Under the pieces are notes generated by a model. It ran no database searches, was not told the origin of the DNA, and worked only from the letters and a program-made list of their open reading frames with translations. Positions 1 through 10,972 of a stretch of 56,288 nucleotides of DNA are shown piece by piece. The stretch's first letter is position 1; every line of letters starts with the position of its first letter. The position numbers and the translations under genes are program-made. Location of the stretch: the NCBI GenBank assembly GCA_947311515.1, contig CAMZLB010000018.1:1-56288 (forward strand), in the 5' to 3' direction. The DNA comes from Candidatus Moraniibacteriota bacterium (GTDB lineage: Bacteria > Patescibacteriota > Minisyncoccia > Moranbacterales > GCA-2747515).

Positions 1-164
1 CAAAAGGAACTGATTGGAGTAAGATAACAGATGAGGAATTATTGAAATCTGAATATTTGATTGATGCTAGACCACGTAAAAGACTAAATTGGAAAACACC
101 TGTCGAAGTGTTTTATGAAAAAACTGGAATTGATATTTATGGGTGTGTTGCAATAAAAGGTTGA
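1..164 (+). mobile_element. IS30-family transposase, C-terminal fragment (truncated by window start)
   Basis: Frame starting at nt 3 reads (P)KGTDWSKITDEELLKSEYLIDARPRKRLNWKTPVEVFYEKTGIDIYGCVAIKG*. This matches the IS30 C-terminal PKGTD...RPRKRL..KTP.EVF signature. Not in the supplied ORF track. Confidence 0.9.
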
Positions 165-171
165 ATGTAGC
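146..171 (+). repeat. IS30-type right terminal inverted repeat
   Basis: TGTTGCAATAAAAGGTTGAATGTAGC overlaps the transposase stop and fits the IS30-family TGTTGCA...TTGAAT end pattern (recalled consensus). Confidence 0.75.
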
Positions 172-181
172 TAATAAATAT

Positions 182-209
182 TTGACTTTTTTTGTAGATG
201 TGCTATCAT
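182..209 (+). promoter_or_regulatory. sigma70-type promoter
   Basis: TTGACT (182-187), 16 nt spacer, TG-c-TATCAT extended -10 (204-209). Confidence 0.5.
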
Positions 210-215
210 TATTAC

Positions 216-322
216 GTGGTATTTTTTCTTGTAAAATATGTTTATAATTTTTGGATCCTTTCTTGCATGAATTTGAAAAATACCACAACAACCTTATAAT
301 ATATATTATAAGGTCTTTTATT
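216..322 (+). ncRNA. candidate small RNA or leader: rod-like hairpin followed by terminator
   Basis: GTGGTATTTTT (216-226) pairs with AAAAATACCAC (276-286), with further internal pairing. It is followed by a perfect 24-bp palindrome at 291-314 and a T-rich tract. Confidence 0.35.
291..322 (+). terminator. intrinsic terminator-like palindrome
   Basis: ACCTTATAATATATATTATAAGGT is perfectly self-complementary and is followed by CTTTTATT. Confidence 0.55.
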
Positions 323-381
323 TTCTAAGGATTGATAATTATATAGTAATATTTGTATAAATTAACAAATTAAATTCAATA

Positions 382-1071
382 ATGAAAAATTTAAGGATAT
401 GTGTAGTGATTACTTGCAAAACATTACAAGAATTATTAAGTAATTTTAAAAAACTACAGAAATTAACTAATTTTATAGAAATTCGTATAGATTACATAAA
501 AAATATTACATATGATAAGTTAGAAAAAATTTTTGAAATCAAAAAAAATATTACAGAAGTCATAATTACTTGTAGAAGTGTTGAACATGGAGGCGAATTC
601 AAGGGTAATTCTCTGGAGCAGGAAAAGATTTTACAAGTTTCAAATGATTTGGGTTTTGAGTATTTGGATATAGATATTAAGTTAATTGACAAAATAAATA
701 TAAAAAATAAAAAATGTAAAATAATTTGTTCATATCATGACTTTGAGTCTACTCCTAATTATCAAGAACTTTCCGACATAATTGATTACATGAGAGAGTT
801 TGATCAAGTTGATATATGTAAGACTGCAACAATGGTAAAAGATAAAGATGATAATAAAGTTATTTATAAGATAATAAAAGAAAAAAAAGAGTTAACAGAT
901 GTTATTATCTTAGGTATGGGAAAGGAAGGTGCGGAAACTAGAACTAAAGGACTTGTTAAGGGTAATTATCTAACTTTTGCCTCACATGGAAATAATTCAT
1001 CAGCTTCAGGTCAAATGGATATAAAAAAAATGAAAGAATTATTGGAAGTATGGTATAATAAATTAAATTAA
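382..1071 (+). CDS. aroD: type I 3-dehydroquinate dehydratase
   Basis: Motifs IEIRID, TCR..EHGG, SYHDF (catalytic His), DICK (Schiff-base Lys), MG..G..TR and SASGQ. Confidence 0.9.
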   Translation: MKNLRICVVITCKTLQELLSNFKKLQKLTNFIEIRIDYIKNITYDKLEKIFEIKKNITEVIITCRSVEHGGEFKGNSLEQEKILQVSNDLGFEYLDIDIKLIDKINIKNKKCKIICSYHDFESTPNYQELSDIIDYMREFDQVDICKTATMVKDKDDNKVIYKIIKEKKELTDVIILGMGKEGAETRTKGLVKGNYLTFASHGNNSSASGQMDIKKMKELLEVWYNKLN

Positions 1072-1126
1072 TAATTAATAATCTATATGTTCAAATTAGT
1101 GGCGTATTGATTTTAAAATATATAAT

Positions 1127-2191
1127 ATGGTATTAATGATGCACATAGTTATTTTGTTAGCTACATTTTATATTCTATCTATTATTTGCGATAAGTATTT
1201 TGTTAAATCTTTAGAAATATTAGCAGAAAAATTAAAAATGAATTCAGAAGTAGCTGGAGCAACACTTATGGCAGTTGGAAGTAGTGCACCTGAGCTTTTT
1301 ACTTCTCTTTTTGCAGTATTTAAGTCAGTAGAATCTCTTAGTTTAGGTGCTGGTACAATTGTTGGCTCTGCTCTTTTTAATATATTGGTTATAATAGGAA
1401 TTTCATCGTTTTATATGACTAATAAACAAAAGCTTTCTTGGCAACCAGTTATAAGAGATATGGTTTTCTACTCTTTTGCTATTGGATTATTACTATTTTT
1501 CTTTTGGGATGGTCAAATATTCTTATGGGAAGGCTTTGTGCTAGTTTCAGTATATGGTGTGTATGTATTTGTAGTAAAAAATTGGGCTAAGTGGCTTAAG
1601 TATGAAGTTCCCAAGTTTGATGAAGAATTTGATGTTGATGAAAACAAGGAGGATAGTTTCTTGACAAAAATGTTTTGCAGTGTTACAGATATTATAGTTC
1701 CAGACCCAGAAAAAAAGTATCTAACTAGCTTCTTGGTAAGTATTGTTATTATTGCACTTACTAGTTATTTTATGGTAGAATCCGCGGTTCATGTTGCAAC
1801 TATACTAAATATACCAGGAGCTATCATAGGACTTACAATCCTTGCTGTTGGTACATCAGTCCCAGATCTTATATCTTCTATTATAGTTGCAAAGAAAGGT
1901 AAGGCTGATATGGCTGTTAGTAATGCTGTTGGCTCAAATGTTTTTGATATTTTTATAGGACTTGGATTTGTGTATGTAGTGTATTTTTTGATTATAAATC
2001 CAGATGCAACCTCAGTGCCAATTGATACAAATAACTTAATGTCAGGTGTATTTTTGCTATTTGGTACAGTAGTTGCTCTCATTTTGCTCCTTATGATGCA
2101 AAAATGGAAACTTGGTAAATATTCTGGAAGTCTACTTATATCTATGTATGTTATTTATATAATATACAATATTTATATGGTATATAAATAA
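1127..2191 (+). CDS. calcium/sodium antiporter (CaCA family, NCKX-like alpha repeats)
   Basis: Alpha-1 repeat GATLMAVGSSAPELFTS...GSALFNIL; alpha-2 repeat GLTILAVGTSVPDL...GSNVFDI; about 10 hydrophobic segments. Confidence 0.9.
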   Translation: MVLMMHIVILLATFYILSIICDKYFVKSLEILAEKLKMNSEVAGATLMAVGSSAPELFTSLFAVFKSVESLSLGAGTIVGSALFNILVIIGISSFYMTNKQKLSWQPVIRDMVFYSFAIGLLLFFFWDGQIFLWEGFVLVSVYGVYVFVVKNWAKWLKYEVPKFDEEFDVDENKEDSFLTKMFCSVTDIIVPDPEKKYLTSFLVSIVIIALTSYFMVESAVHVATILNIPGAIIGLTILAVGTSVPDLISSIIVAKKGKADMAVSNAVGSNVFDIFIGLGFVYVVYFLIINPDATSVPIDTNNLMSGVFLLFGTVVALILLLMMQKWKLGKYSGSLLISMYVIYIIYNIYMVYK

Positions 2192-2209
2192 ATATTTTTA
2201 TTTTGAAAT

Positions 2210-3301
2210 ATGACAGCAAATACAATAGGACAAAATTTTCGAGTCACTACCTTTGGAGAATCTCATGGTGGAGCTGTAGGATGTATAATTGATGGATGTC
2301 CAGCAGGCATTTTAATAGATTCAGCAGAAATCGAAAAAGAATTAAAAAGACGAGCGACTGGACAGAGTAAAATTACATCACAAAGAAAAGAGGTGGATAA
2401 AGTGGAAATATTATCTGGAGCTTTTGAGGGTAGAACTTTAGGCACTCCTCTGACCTTATTAGTTAAAAATAAAGATGCAAAATCTAGTGATTATGAATAT
2501 CTAAAAGATAAATATAGACCGAGTCATGCAGATTTTACATACAATCAGAAATATGGACGAAGAGCATGGACTGGAGGAGGAAGAGCGAGTGCTAGAGAAA
2601 CTACAGCTAGAGTTATGGCAGGAGTTATTGCAAAAAAAATATTAAAAAATATTTGTGATATAGAAATTTTGACATATGTTATACAAGTAGGAGAAGAAAG
2701 AGCTAATATAGAACTTGATGAAATAACTTACGAAAAAATAGAATCAAATATAATTAGATGTCCAGAGGAAGAGAGTTCTAGAAAAATGATTAAGTTAATT
2801 GAAGAAGTTAAGAGAGAAGGGGATTCTGTAGGAGGTGTGATTGAGTGTGTAATAAAAAATATACCTTCTGGATTGGGTGAGCCTGTTTTTGATAAACTGA
2901 GTGCTGATTTAGCACATGCTTGCATGTCTATTCCTGCAACTAAAGGATTTGAAATTGGTAGTGGGTTTGAGGGAGCTAAAATGAAGGGAAGTGAACATAA
3001 TGATTCTTTTTGTATTAGTAGAGGTAATATTAGTACGAAGACTAATTATTCAGGAGGAATCCAAGGAGGTATTTCAAATGGACAAAATATTATATTAAGG
3101 ATTGCATTTAAGCCTACCTCTACAATATTAAAAACTCAAGAAACGGTAAATGAATCAGGTGAAGAGATATTATTGGATAATGTAAGAGGAAGACATGATC
3201 CTTGCGTAGTGCCTAGAGCAGTACCTATTGTTGAATCTATGATTTTGATTACTTTAATTGATCATCATATGAGAAATGTAGCTCAAAATAATTTATTTTA
3301 A
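2210..3301 (+). CDS. aroC: chorismate synthase
   Basis: Signatures TTFGESHG, RPSHAD, GGGRASARET, GGIQGGISNG and GRHDPCV.PRA. Confidence 0.97.
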   Translation: MTANTIGQNFRVTTFGESHGGAVGCIIDGCPAGILIDSAEIEKELKRRATGQSKITSQRKEVDKVEILSGAFEGRTLGTPLTLLVKNKDAKSSDYEYLKDKYRPSHADFTYNQKYGRRAWTGGGRASARETTARVMAGVIAKKILKNICDIEILTYVIQVGEERANIELDEITYEKIESNIIRCPEEESSRKMIKLIEEVKREGDSVGGVIECVIKNIPSGLGEPVFDKLSADLAHACMSIPATKGFEIGSGFEGAKMKGSEHNDSFCISRGNISTKTNYSGGIQGGISNGQNIILRIAFKPTSTILKTQETVNESGEEILLDNVRGRHDPCVVPRAVPIVESMILITLIDHHMRNVAQNNLF

Positions 3302-3317
3302 ATTTAAAATTATAAAA

Positions 3318-4085
3318 ATGTTTGAATACCGTAATTACAATAGTGATAAAAATATAGTAGAAAAACATACAAAGGAAATTGAAGAAATAAAGGACTTTAC
3401 AAGATTAGAGTTTGAAAGACGAAAATTTTTACTTAAAAGTGCTTTGAGTGATTTAGATATTTCAGAATCTTTAATTGTTTTAGCTCCGCCTCTTTTAGAA
3501 AGAACTGATTTAGGGCATAGTTTTGATTTAGAATTTATATTTTTAGGGAGTTTGAATCAACAATTAGAATTAGAGCGTAGATTATTGAATTTTTATAAAA
3601 TTTCACCTAATATTACTTCTATAAATTCTAACGAAATAAAAGACATGCATGATAATTTTCCAGAACTTTATGAATTAATTGAGGATAAAAATAATTTAAA
3701 TTCCAGTCATTTATCTAAAAGTATAATTGATTCTATTAATGAAAAATATTGGGATACTGCTCCTATCATAGAACAGAAAATGAGAAAAATATTAACCAAA
3801 GAAGAAAAAATAGAATTAAAAAAAGAAAGAATAGAAATAGGAGAAAAATTTATAAAGGAAATAGAAGAAAAAATGAGCGTAAGTGAATACATTTTTTCAG
3901 GTTCTATGATGAATAATATGGAAAGATTTGGTATTAACTCTGATATAGATTTAGAAGTTGTTTTGGATATTAAAAATGAACAAGCTAAAAAAAGTGCATT
4001 TTTATTAACTAGACTTTACTTGAAATGGAAATATATTAAAGAGTATGGTGTTGAAGTAGATTGTCATTATTCATTTGTTAATTAA
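3318..4085 (+). CDS. putative Pol-beta-superfamily (minimal-type) nucleotidyltransferase domain protein
   Basis: C-terminal half carries IFSGS-x11-SDIDLEVV and a later VEVD. N-terminal half may be a degenerate copy (SFDLEFIF). Confidence 0.55.
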   Translation: MFEYRNYNSDKNIVEKHTKEIEEIKDFTRLEFERRKFLLKSALSDLDISESLIVLAPPLLERTDLGHSFDLEFIFLGSLNQQLELERRLLNFYKISPNITSINSNEIKDMHDNFPELYELIEDKNNLNSSHLSKSIIDSINEKYWDTAPIIEQKMRKILTKEEKIELKKERIEIGEKFIKEIEEKMSVSEYIFSGSMMNNMERFGINSDIDLEVVLDIKNEQAKKSAFLLTRLYLKWKYIKEYGVEVDCHYSFVN

Positions 4086-4090
4086 AATTT

Positions 4091-4591
4091 ATGATTACTT
4101 TTACAGAAGCTTTGGTAAAGGGTAAAATAGCAGAAACGATTTTTGAACAAATGTTGAGAAATACTAAATTTAAAAATAAAAAAGGAGAGAATGAAAGTGT
4201 ATTTACAGTTCTTCACTTCGGATATGAACATGTTTTACCAGAATTAGCTAAAGATAGATATATAAGAGAAAAAGAGGGAAATATAGTTTTAGATGCTATA
4301 AGAACAGCGCCAGATTTTGCAGTTGTAAATAATCAAACCAAAGAAGTTAGTTTGATTGAAGTGAAATATAGATTTAAGCACGATGAACATTTTGTATTAG
4401 AAATTGCAAAAAAAATGGAGAAATCATGGATAACAGCAAAATTATTTTTAGCTACACCTGATGGATTCTTTTTTGATGATATTAAATCTATTATAAAAAA
4501 CAAAGGTAAAATGGAAAGATTGTTTCATCCTAATATTTCAAAAGAAATGCAACAAAAATATTTAAAATTATTAATTAAATATGAAAATTAA
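4091..4591 (+). CDS. PD-(D/E)xK restriction-endonuclease-fold protein
   Basis: N-terminal helix motif GKIAE, then PDFAVV and IEVKYR. Confidence 0.7.
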   Translation: MITFTEALVKGKIAETIFEQMLRNTKFKNKKGENESVFTVLHFGYEHVLPELAKDRYIREKEGNIVLDAIRTAPDFAVVNNQTKEVSLIEVKYRFKHDEHFVLEIAKKMEKSWITAKLFLATPDGFFFDDIKSIIKNKGKMERLFHPNISKEMQQKYLKLLIKYEN

Positions 4592-4599
4592 TAAAATAG

Positions 4600-4627
4600 T
4601 TGACTTTTTTTTAAATGATAGTATAAT
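4600..4627 (+). promoter_or_regulatory. sigma70 promoter of the atp operon
   Basis: TTGACT (4600-4605), N16, TATAAT (4622-4627). Confidence 0.6.
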
Positions 4628-4651
4628 AAAAAATATTGTTACTTTATAGTA

Positions 4652-4939
4652 ATGTTTATGACATCAGAGAAGCATAGTAAAATTAGAAAAGAAATTTCAC
4701 TTATGTCGTTTACTGTAGAATTAGCTTTTATATTAGCTGTTCCTATGATTGTCTTAGCTTTTTTAGGACATATTCTAGATAAAGCTATTGATAGTGGTTT
4801 TTTATTTTTGATTATATTTACGACAGTTGGTATAATAATTTCAAGTATGATAACTGTCAAAAAGGTAACTTCTATACTTAATCAAGTTAATAAGGATTAC
4901 GAAGATTTACAAAAAGAAGATGAAGAAGAGAGAGAGTAA
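4652..4939 (+). CDS. AtpZ/AtpI family ATP synthase accessory protein
   Basis: Small two-TM protein with a G..LD motif, first gene of the atp operon. Confidence 0.75.
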   Translation: MFMTSEKHSKIRKEISLMSFTVELAFILAVPMIVLAFLGHILDKAIDSGFLFLIIFTTVGIIISSMITVKKVTSILNQVNKDYEDLQKEDEEERE

Positions 4940-4964
4940 CTAGACTTAATTTACGAATAAATTA

Positions 4965-5750
4965 ATGAGTGAATCAATATCACAACACACAAATACTGTA
5001 GCTGAGCATGTTGCAGGTCCTCATATCGCTATTGCTGCAGAGAAATTAGGTGAATTTTTTGGAATTACTATATCAAATACTCTTTTGATGAGTTGGTTTG
5101 TTATGGCTATATTGATTGTTATAGCAATTGTGGTTAATCGCTTAATTTCAGAGAAAAATCCAGGAAAATTACAAATGTTTTTTGAAATGCTTTTTGAATT
5201 TATATTAGATTTTATTGATGAAGTTTTTGAAAACAGGAAAATGACAATAGCATTTTTTCCACTTTTAGTAACTGTGTTTTTATTCATTTGGCTTTCGAAC
5301 TGGACTGAGTTTTTACCAGGAGTGAGTAGTATTACTTTTGAGACAATTAATGGAATTCAGCCGTTACTTAGAAGTGTGAATACAGACTTGAATGTGACTA
5401 TAGCGCTTGCTCTTATAGTGTTTGTTGTTATAGAGTGGACTGGTATAAAACGTCTAGGATTTTTCCAGTATGGAAAGAAATTTATAAATTTTTCATCGCC
5501 GTTAAATTTTTTCATAGGGTTAATAGAGCTCGTTAGTGAAATTGCAAAACTTATATCTTTTTCTTTTCGTTTATTTGGAAATATATTTGCTGGAGAGGTT
5601 TTGATTGCTGTTACAGTATTCTTCATACCATTTTTCTTACCTGTACCACTTATGATGTTTGAATTATTCGTTGGGTTTATACAGGCAGCAGTATTTTCAT
5701 TACTAACCTTATTTTTTGTTAAAATTGCTATTACAAAATCAGAACATTGA
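4965..5750 (+). CDS. atpB: F0F1 ATP synthase subunit a
   Basis: SFRLFGNIFAGE (essential Arg) and GFIQAAVF. Confidence 0.97.
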   Translation: MSESISQHTNTVAEHVAGPHIAIAAEKLGEFFGITISNTLLMSWFVMAILIVIAIVVNRLISEKNPGKLQMFFEMLFEFILDFIDEVFENRKMTIAFFPLLVTVFLFIWLSNWTEFLPGVSSITFETINGIQPLLRSVNTDLNVTIALALIVFVVIEWTGIKRLGFFQYGKKFINFSSPLNFFIGLIELVSEIAKLISFSFRLFGNIFAGEVLIAVTVFFIPFFLPVPLMMFELFVGFIQAAVFSLLTLFFVKIAITKSEH

Positions 5751-5830
5751 TAAGTTTTGAATTAAGTTTTAGGCTTTAGGAATTAGTAATTTTCTCTGAT
5801 TCTTAATTCTAACCCGTAATTCATAAATAA

Positions 5831-6070
<240 letters not shown>

Positions 6071-6134
6071 TTAATTACGTTACTATCAGGTTTAATTTTT
6101 ATTAAATGTCATGATAGTATTATTTTGAACTATT

Positions 6135-6629
6135 ATGGATATTTTTGGACAATTTGGAATTGATATAAAGTTATTAAGTATACAGATTTTTAACTTTATA
6201 ATTCTTTTAGTTATTTTACAAAGACTTCTGTACAAGCCTCTTATTAAGATTTTGGAAGATAGGAGAAAAAATATAGAAGAAGGCATAAAAAAACTTGAAA
6301 ATATTGAGAAAAAATCTAAAGAATTAAAAGATAAAACAGAGGATGATTTAATGGAAGCTAGAAAAAAATCTCAGGAAATTATTGCAAGAGCAGAGAGGCA
6401 AGCGAGCGAAACTAGAAAAAATGCCCAAGAAGATGCTCATGAACAGGCAAATGAGATAATTTCTCAAGCAAAAAAGTCGATTGCGTTAGAAAAAGAATCA
6501 CTTATTAACTCAGTACAAAAAGAAATAGTACAGTTAGTGGTGGGTGTTTCAAATAAGGTATTGGGTCACGAAATAAAAAATTCTCAGGAAGAGTTTATTT
6601 CAACAGAGATTAAAAAAACTCAATCATAA
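6135..6629 (+). CDS. atpF: F0F1 ATP synthase subunit b
   Basis: N-terminal TM segment, KPL..ILEDRR, coiled coil and operon position. Confidence 0.95.
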   Translation: MDIFGQFGIDIKLLSIQIFNFIILLVILQRLLYKPLIKILEDRRKNIEEGIKKLENIEKKSKELKDKTEDDLMEARKKSQEIIARAERQASETRKNAQEDAHEQANEIISQAKKSIALEKESLINSVQKEIVQLVVGVSNKVLGHEIKNSQEEFISTEIKKTQS

Positions 6630-6633
6630 TACT

Positions 6634-7038
6634 ATGAAATATTCTTCACAACAATACGCAGAAGCATTGTATAAATCAGCATCTAGTATTCCATCAAAAA
6701 ATAATGATGAAATAGTAGAGAATTTTATTGAAATTTTAAAGAGTCATGAAGTTCTGTATAAGTATAAATCTATACTAAAAGCTTATAGAACAATTCTTAT
6801 GAAAAATAATAAATTACCAGAGGTTATTATGACATGCGCATCAGATATTTCAAATGAAGTAAAGGAAGAGGTATTAGGAGCACTTGAAATAGATAAAAAA
6901 GTTAAATTACGATTGCGAGTTGATAAAAAAATGATTGGTGGTGTATTTGTTAAATATAATAATCGCTTATTTGATTTGTCGTTAGCTAGACGTCTTGCAC
7001 GATTAAATGGACGATTACTTGCAAGTAGTACAAAATAA
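6634..7038 (+). CDS. atpH: F0F1 ATP synthase subunit delta (short form)
   Basis: YAEALY at the N-terminus, VD..MIGG...DLSL at the C-terminus, located between atpF and atpA. Confidence 0.88.
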   Translation: MKYSSQQYAEALYKSASSIPSKNNDEIVENFIEILKSHEVLYKYKSILKAYRTILMKNNKLPEVIMTCASDISNEVKEEVLGALEIDKKVKLRLRVDKKMIGGVFVKYNNRLFDLSLARRLARLNGRLLASSTK

Positions 7039-7059
7039 AATAGTATTAAATTTTAAATT

Positions 7060-8571
7060 ATGGCACAAGCAGATAGAATTATAGAAAGACTTTCTAAAGA
7101 AATAGAAGGGTTTAAAGACGATGTTTCAGCAGAAAATGTTGGTACAGTATTGGAAGTTGGGGATGGAATCACAAAAATAGCAGGTCTTGATGATTTGGCA
7201 TCTAGTGAAATTGTTGAGATAGAAACAAAAGATGGTGAAAAAATTCTAGGATTAGCTCTTAATTTGGAGGAAGATGAAGTAGGCGTTGTTATTTTTGGTA
7301 GCTACAAAAATATTGCTGAGGGAGATGTCGCTAGAGCAACAGGTAGAATTCTATCAGTTCCAGTTGGTGATGCAATGATTGGTAGAACAGTGGATGCTCT
7401 TCTTACACCAATTGACGGAAAAGGTGAGATTAAAACAGATAAGATGAATCCAGTGGAAAAAGTTGCTCCTGGAGTTATGACTCGCGAGCCTGTTGGAGAA
7501 CCTCTTCAAACAGGTATTAAAGCTATAGATGCTATGGTTCCTGTGGGTCGTGGGCAACGTGAGCTTATAATTGGAGATAGACAAACTGGAAAGAGTGCTG
7601 TTGCAATAGATACTATAATAAACCAGAAAGGTCAGAATATTAAATGTATTTATGTAGCAATAGGACAGAGAGAAAGTAAGATAAGAAAAATTACAAAAAA
7701 ATTAGAAGAAGCAGGTGCTATGGAATATACTACTGTGGTATTAGCAGGATCAAGTACTTCAGCTGCTATGAACTTTCTTGCACCTTATTCAGGAGCTGCT
7801 CTTTCTGAATATTTCATGGAAAAAGGAGAAGATGTATTGATTGTTTATGATGATTTATCAAAACATGCTATGTCATATCGTCAAATGTCATTACTCTTAA
7901 AAAGACCACCAGGACGTGAGGCATATCCAGGAGATGTTTTTTACTTACATTCTAGATTATTGGAAAGAAGTGCTAGATTAAATGAAGCAAATGGGGGAGG
8001 ATCAGTAACAGCACTGCCAATTATAGAGACTCAAGCAGGAGATGTATCTGCTTATATTCCAACCAATGTTATTTCTATTACTGATGGTCAGATATATTTA
8101 GAATCAGATTTATTCAATAAGGGTATTAGACCTGCTATAAATGCTGGACTATCTGTTTCTCGTGTAGGTTCTTCTGCTCAAACAAAGATTATAAAAAAAC
8201 TTGCAGGGACGCTAAGACTTGATTTAGCTCAATACAGAGAATTAGAGGCTTTTGCTGCATTTGGATCTGATGTTGATGCTGACACAAAGCAAAAATTAGA
8301 AAGAGGTAAAAGAACTGTTGAAATTTTGAAACAAGGTCAATATGAGCCTTTGTCAGTTGCGGAACAAGCTATCATTATATTTGCTGTAACTGGTGGTTTT
8401 GCTGATGATATTGATGCTGATACTATAGTTGATTGGGAAAAAGGATTGCATAAGTTTGCTAGTAGTAATCATGGTGAATTGGTAGACGAAATAAATAGAG
8501 AAAAAATTATTTCTGATGATATAAAAGATAGAATGAAGCAGACTATTGAAGAGTATAAAGAGATGGTGTAA
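7060..8571 (+). CDS. atpA: F0F1 ATP synthase subunit alpha
   Basis: GDRQTGKS and [21 protein letters not shown]. Confidence 0.99.
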   Translation: MAQADRIIERLSKEIEGFKDDVSAENVGTVLEVGDGITKIAGLDDLASSEIVEIETKDGEKILGLALNLEEDEVGVVIFGSYKNIAEGDVARATGRILSVPVGDAMIGRTVDALLTPIDGKGEIKTDKMNPVEKVAPGVMTREPVGEPLQTGIKAIDAMVPVGRGQRELIIGDRQTGKSAVAIDTIINQKGQNIKCIYVAIGQRESKIRKITKKLEEAGAMEYTTVVLAGSSTSAAMNFLAPYSGAALSEYFMEKGEDVLIVYDDLSKHAMSYRQMSLLLKRPPGREAYPGDVFYLHSRLLERSARLNEANGGGSVTALPIIETQAGDVSAYIPTNVISITDGQIYLESDLFNKGIRPAINAGLSVSRVGSSAQTKIIKKLAGTLRLDLAQYRELEAFAAFGSDVDADTKQKLERGKRTVEILKQGQYEPLSVAEQAIIIFAVTGGFADDIDADTIVDWEKGLHKFASSNHGELVDEINREKIISDDIKDRMKQTIEEYKEMV

Positions 8572-8591
8572 ATAAAAAATATTAATTTACT

Positions 8592-9533
8592 ATGGCTGGA
8601 ACATTAGATATAAAGCGAAGAATAAACTCTATAAGTAATACAAAAAAAGTTACAAAAGCTATGGAGGTTGTTTCTGCTGCTAAAATGAAAAAAGCGGTGG
8701 ATAGGGCATTGTCTTTAAGACCTTATGCAAAGGCAATGTATGAACTATTTGCAAATGTTGCTCCTCATGCCCATAAGGAGCATCCACTACTTACTGTAAG
8801 AGATACAGAAAATGTGTTAGTGATACTTATAGCTTCAAATAAGGGATTATGTGGATCATATAACGCATCACTTACTCGAACTGTAAGGAGTATGCTTGAA
8901 AAACCAGAAATTCTTGTAAGTTTAAATAAGGGAGAGATGATGGATGCATCACACGTTACTATTGATTTTATTACAATAGGTAAAAGAGCTGCACATATGA
9001 TTAAAATTCTTGGGAAAGATTCTATAGCTACGTTTCCAGAAATAGCAAAACAGAAAAATTCTGATAGTATTTCTCCGCTTGTAAAAATGATTTTTGAAAT
9101 GTATAAAGAGGAAAAATATGATAAAGTTGTTATCATTTATACTGATTTTGTGAATGCTTTAAAACAAAATCAAAAGATAAGACAATTATTACCAGTGTCC
9201 AAAGAAGATTTAGCTGAACAACTCACAGAAATGGACAATATTGCAAAGAAAAACAATATTAAATTAGGGGAAAATGTTAAATATTTGATAGAGCCTTCAA
9301 ATGAAATAGTACTTAAAGCATTGATACCTAAAGTAATCGAATCTCAAATTTTACATGCTCTTTATGAATCAGCGGCTTCAGAAGAATCATCTAGAATGCT
9401 TGCGATGAAGAGTGCTACAGATGCAGCGGGAGAGATTGTTGATGATTTGAAGCTCACATACAATAAGATAAGACAATCAAAGATTACGCAAGAAATTAGT
9501 GAAATATCAGCTGGTCGAGCAGCGTTGGAATAA
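8592..9533 (+). CDS. atpG: F0F1 ATP synthase subunit gamma
   Basis: KVTKAMEVVSAAK, KGLCGSYN and RQSKITQEISEI. Confidence 0.98.
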   Translation: MAGTLDIKRRINSISNTKKVTKAMEVVSAAKMKKAVDRALSLRPYAKAMYELFANVAPHAHKEHPLLTVRDTENVLVILIASNKGLCGSYNASLTRTVRSMLEKPEILVSLNKGEMMDASHVTIDFITIGKRAAHMIKILGKDSIATFPEIAKQKNSDSISPLVKMIFEMYKEEKYDKVVIIYTDFVNALKQNQKIRQLLPVSKEDLAEQLTEMDNIAKKNNIKLGENVKYLIEPSNEIVLKALIPKVIESQILHALYESAASEESSRMLAMKSATDAAGEIVDDLKLTYNKIRQSKITQEISEISAGRAALE

Positions 9534-9558
9534 TATATTAATGAGATTTAAGTTATAA

Positions 9559-10959
<1,401 letters not shown>

Positions 10960-10972
10960 TTTTTAGAGTTTT

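Noticed and set aside
67-291. 74-aa minus-strand ORF
   Set aside because: It is the antisense shadow of the IS30 tail and the hairpin region, with a TTG start and no recognisable motif.
3318-4591. Canonical CBASS call
   Set aside because: The NTase motif lies near the C-terminus with no room for the CD-NTase helical lobe, and the nuclease lacks a recognisable sensor domain. Kept only as an unclassified pair.
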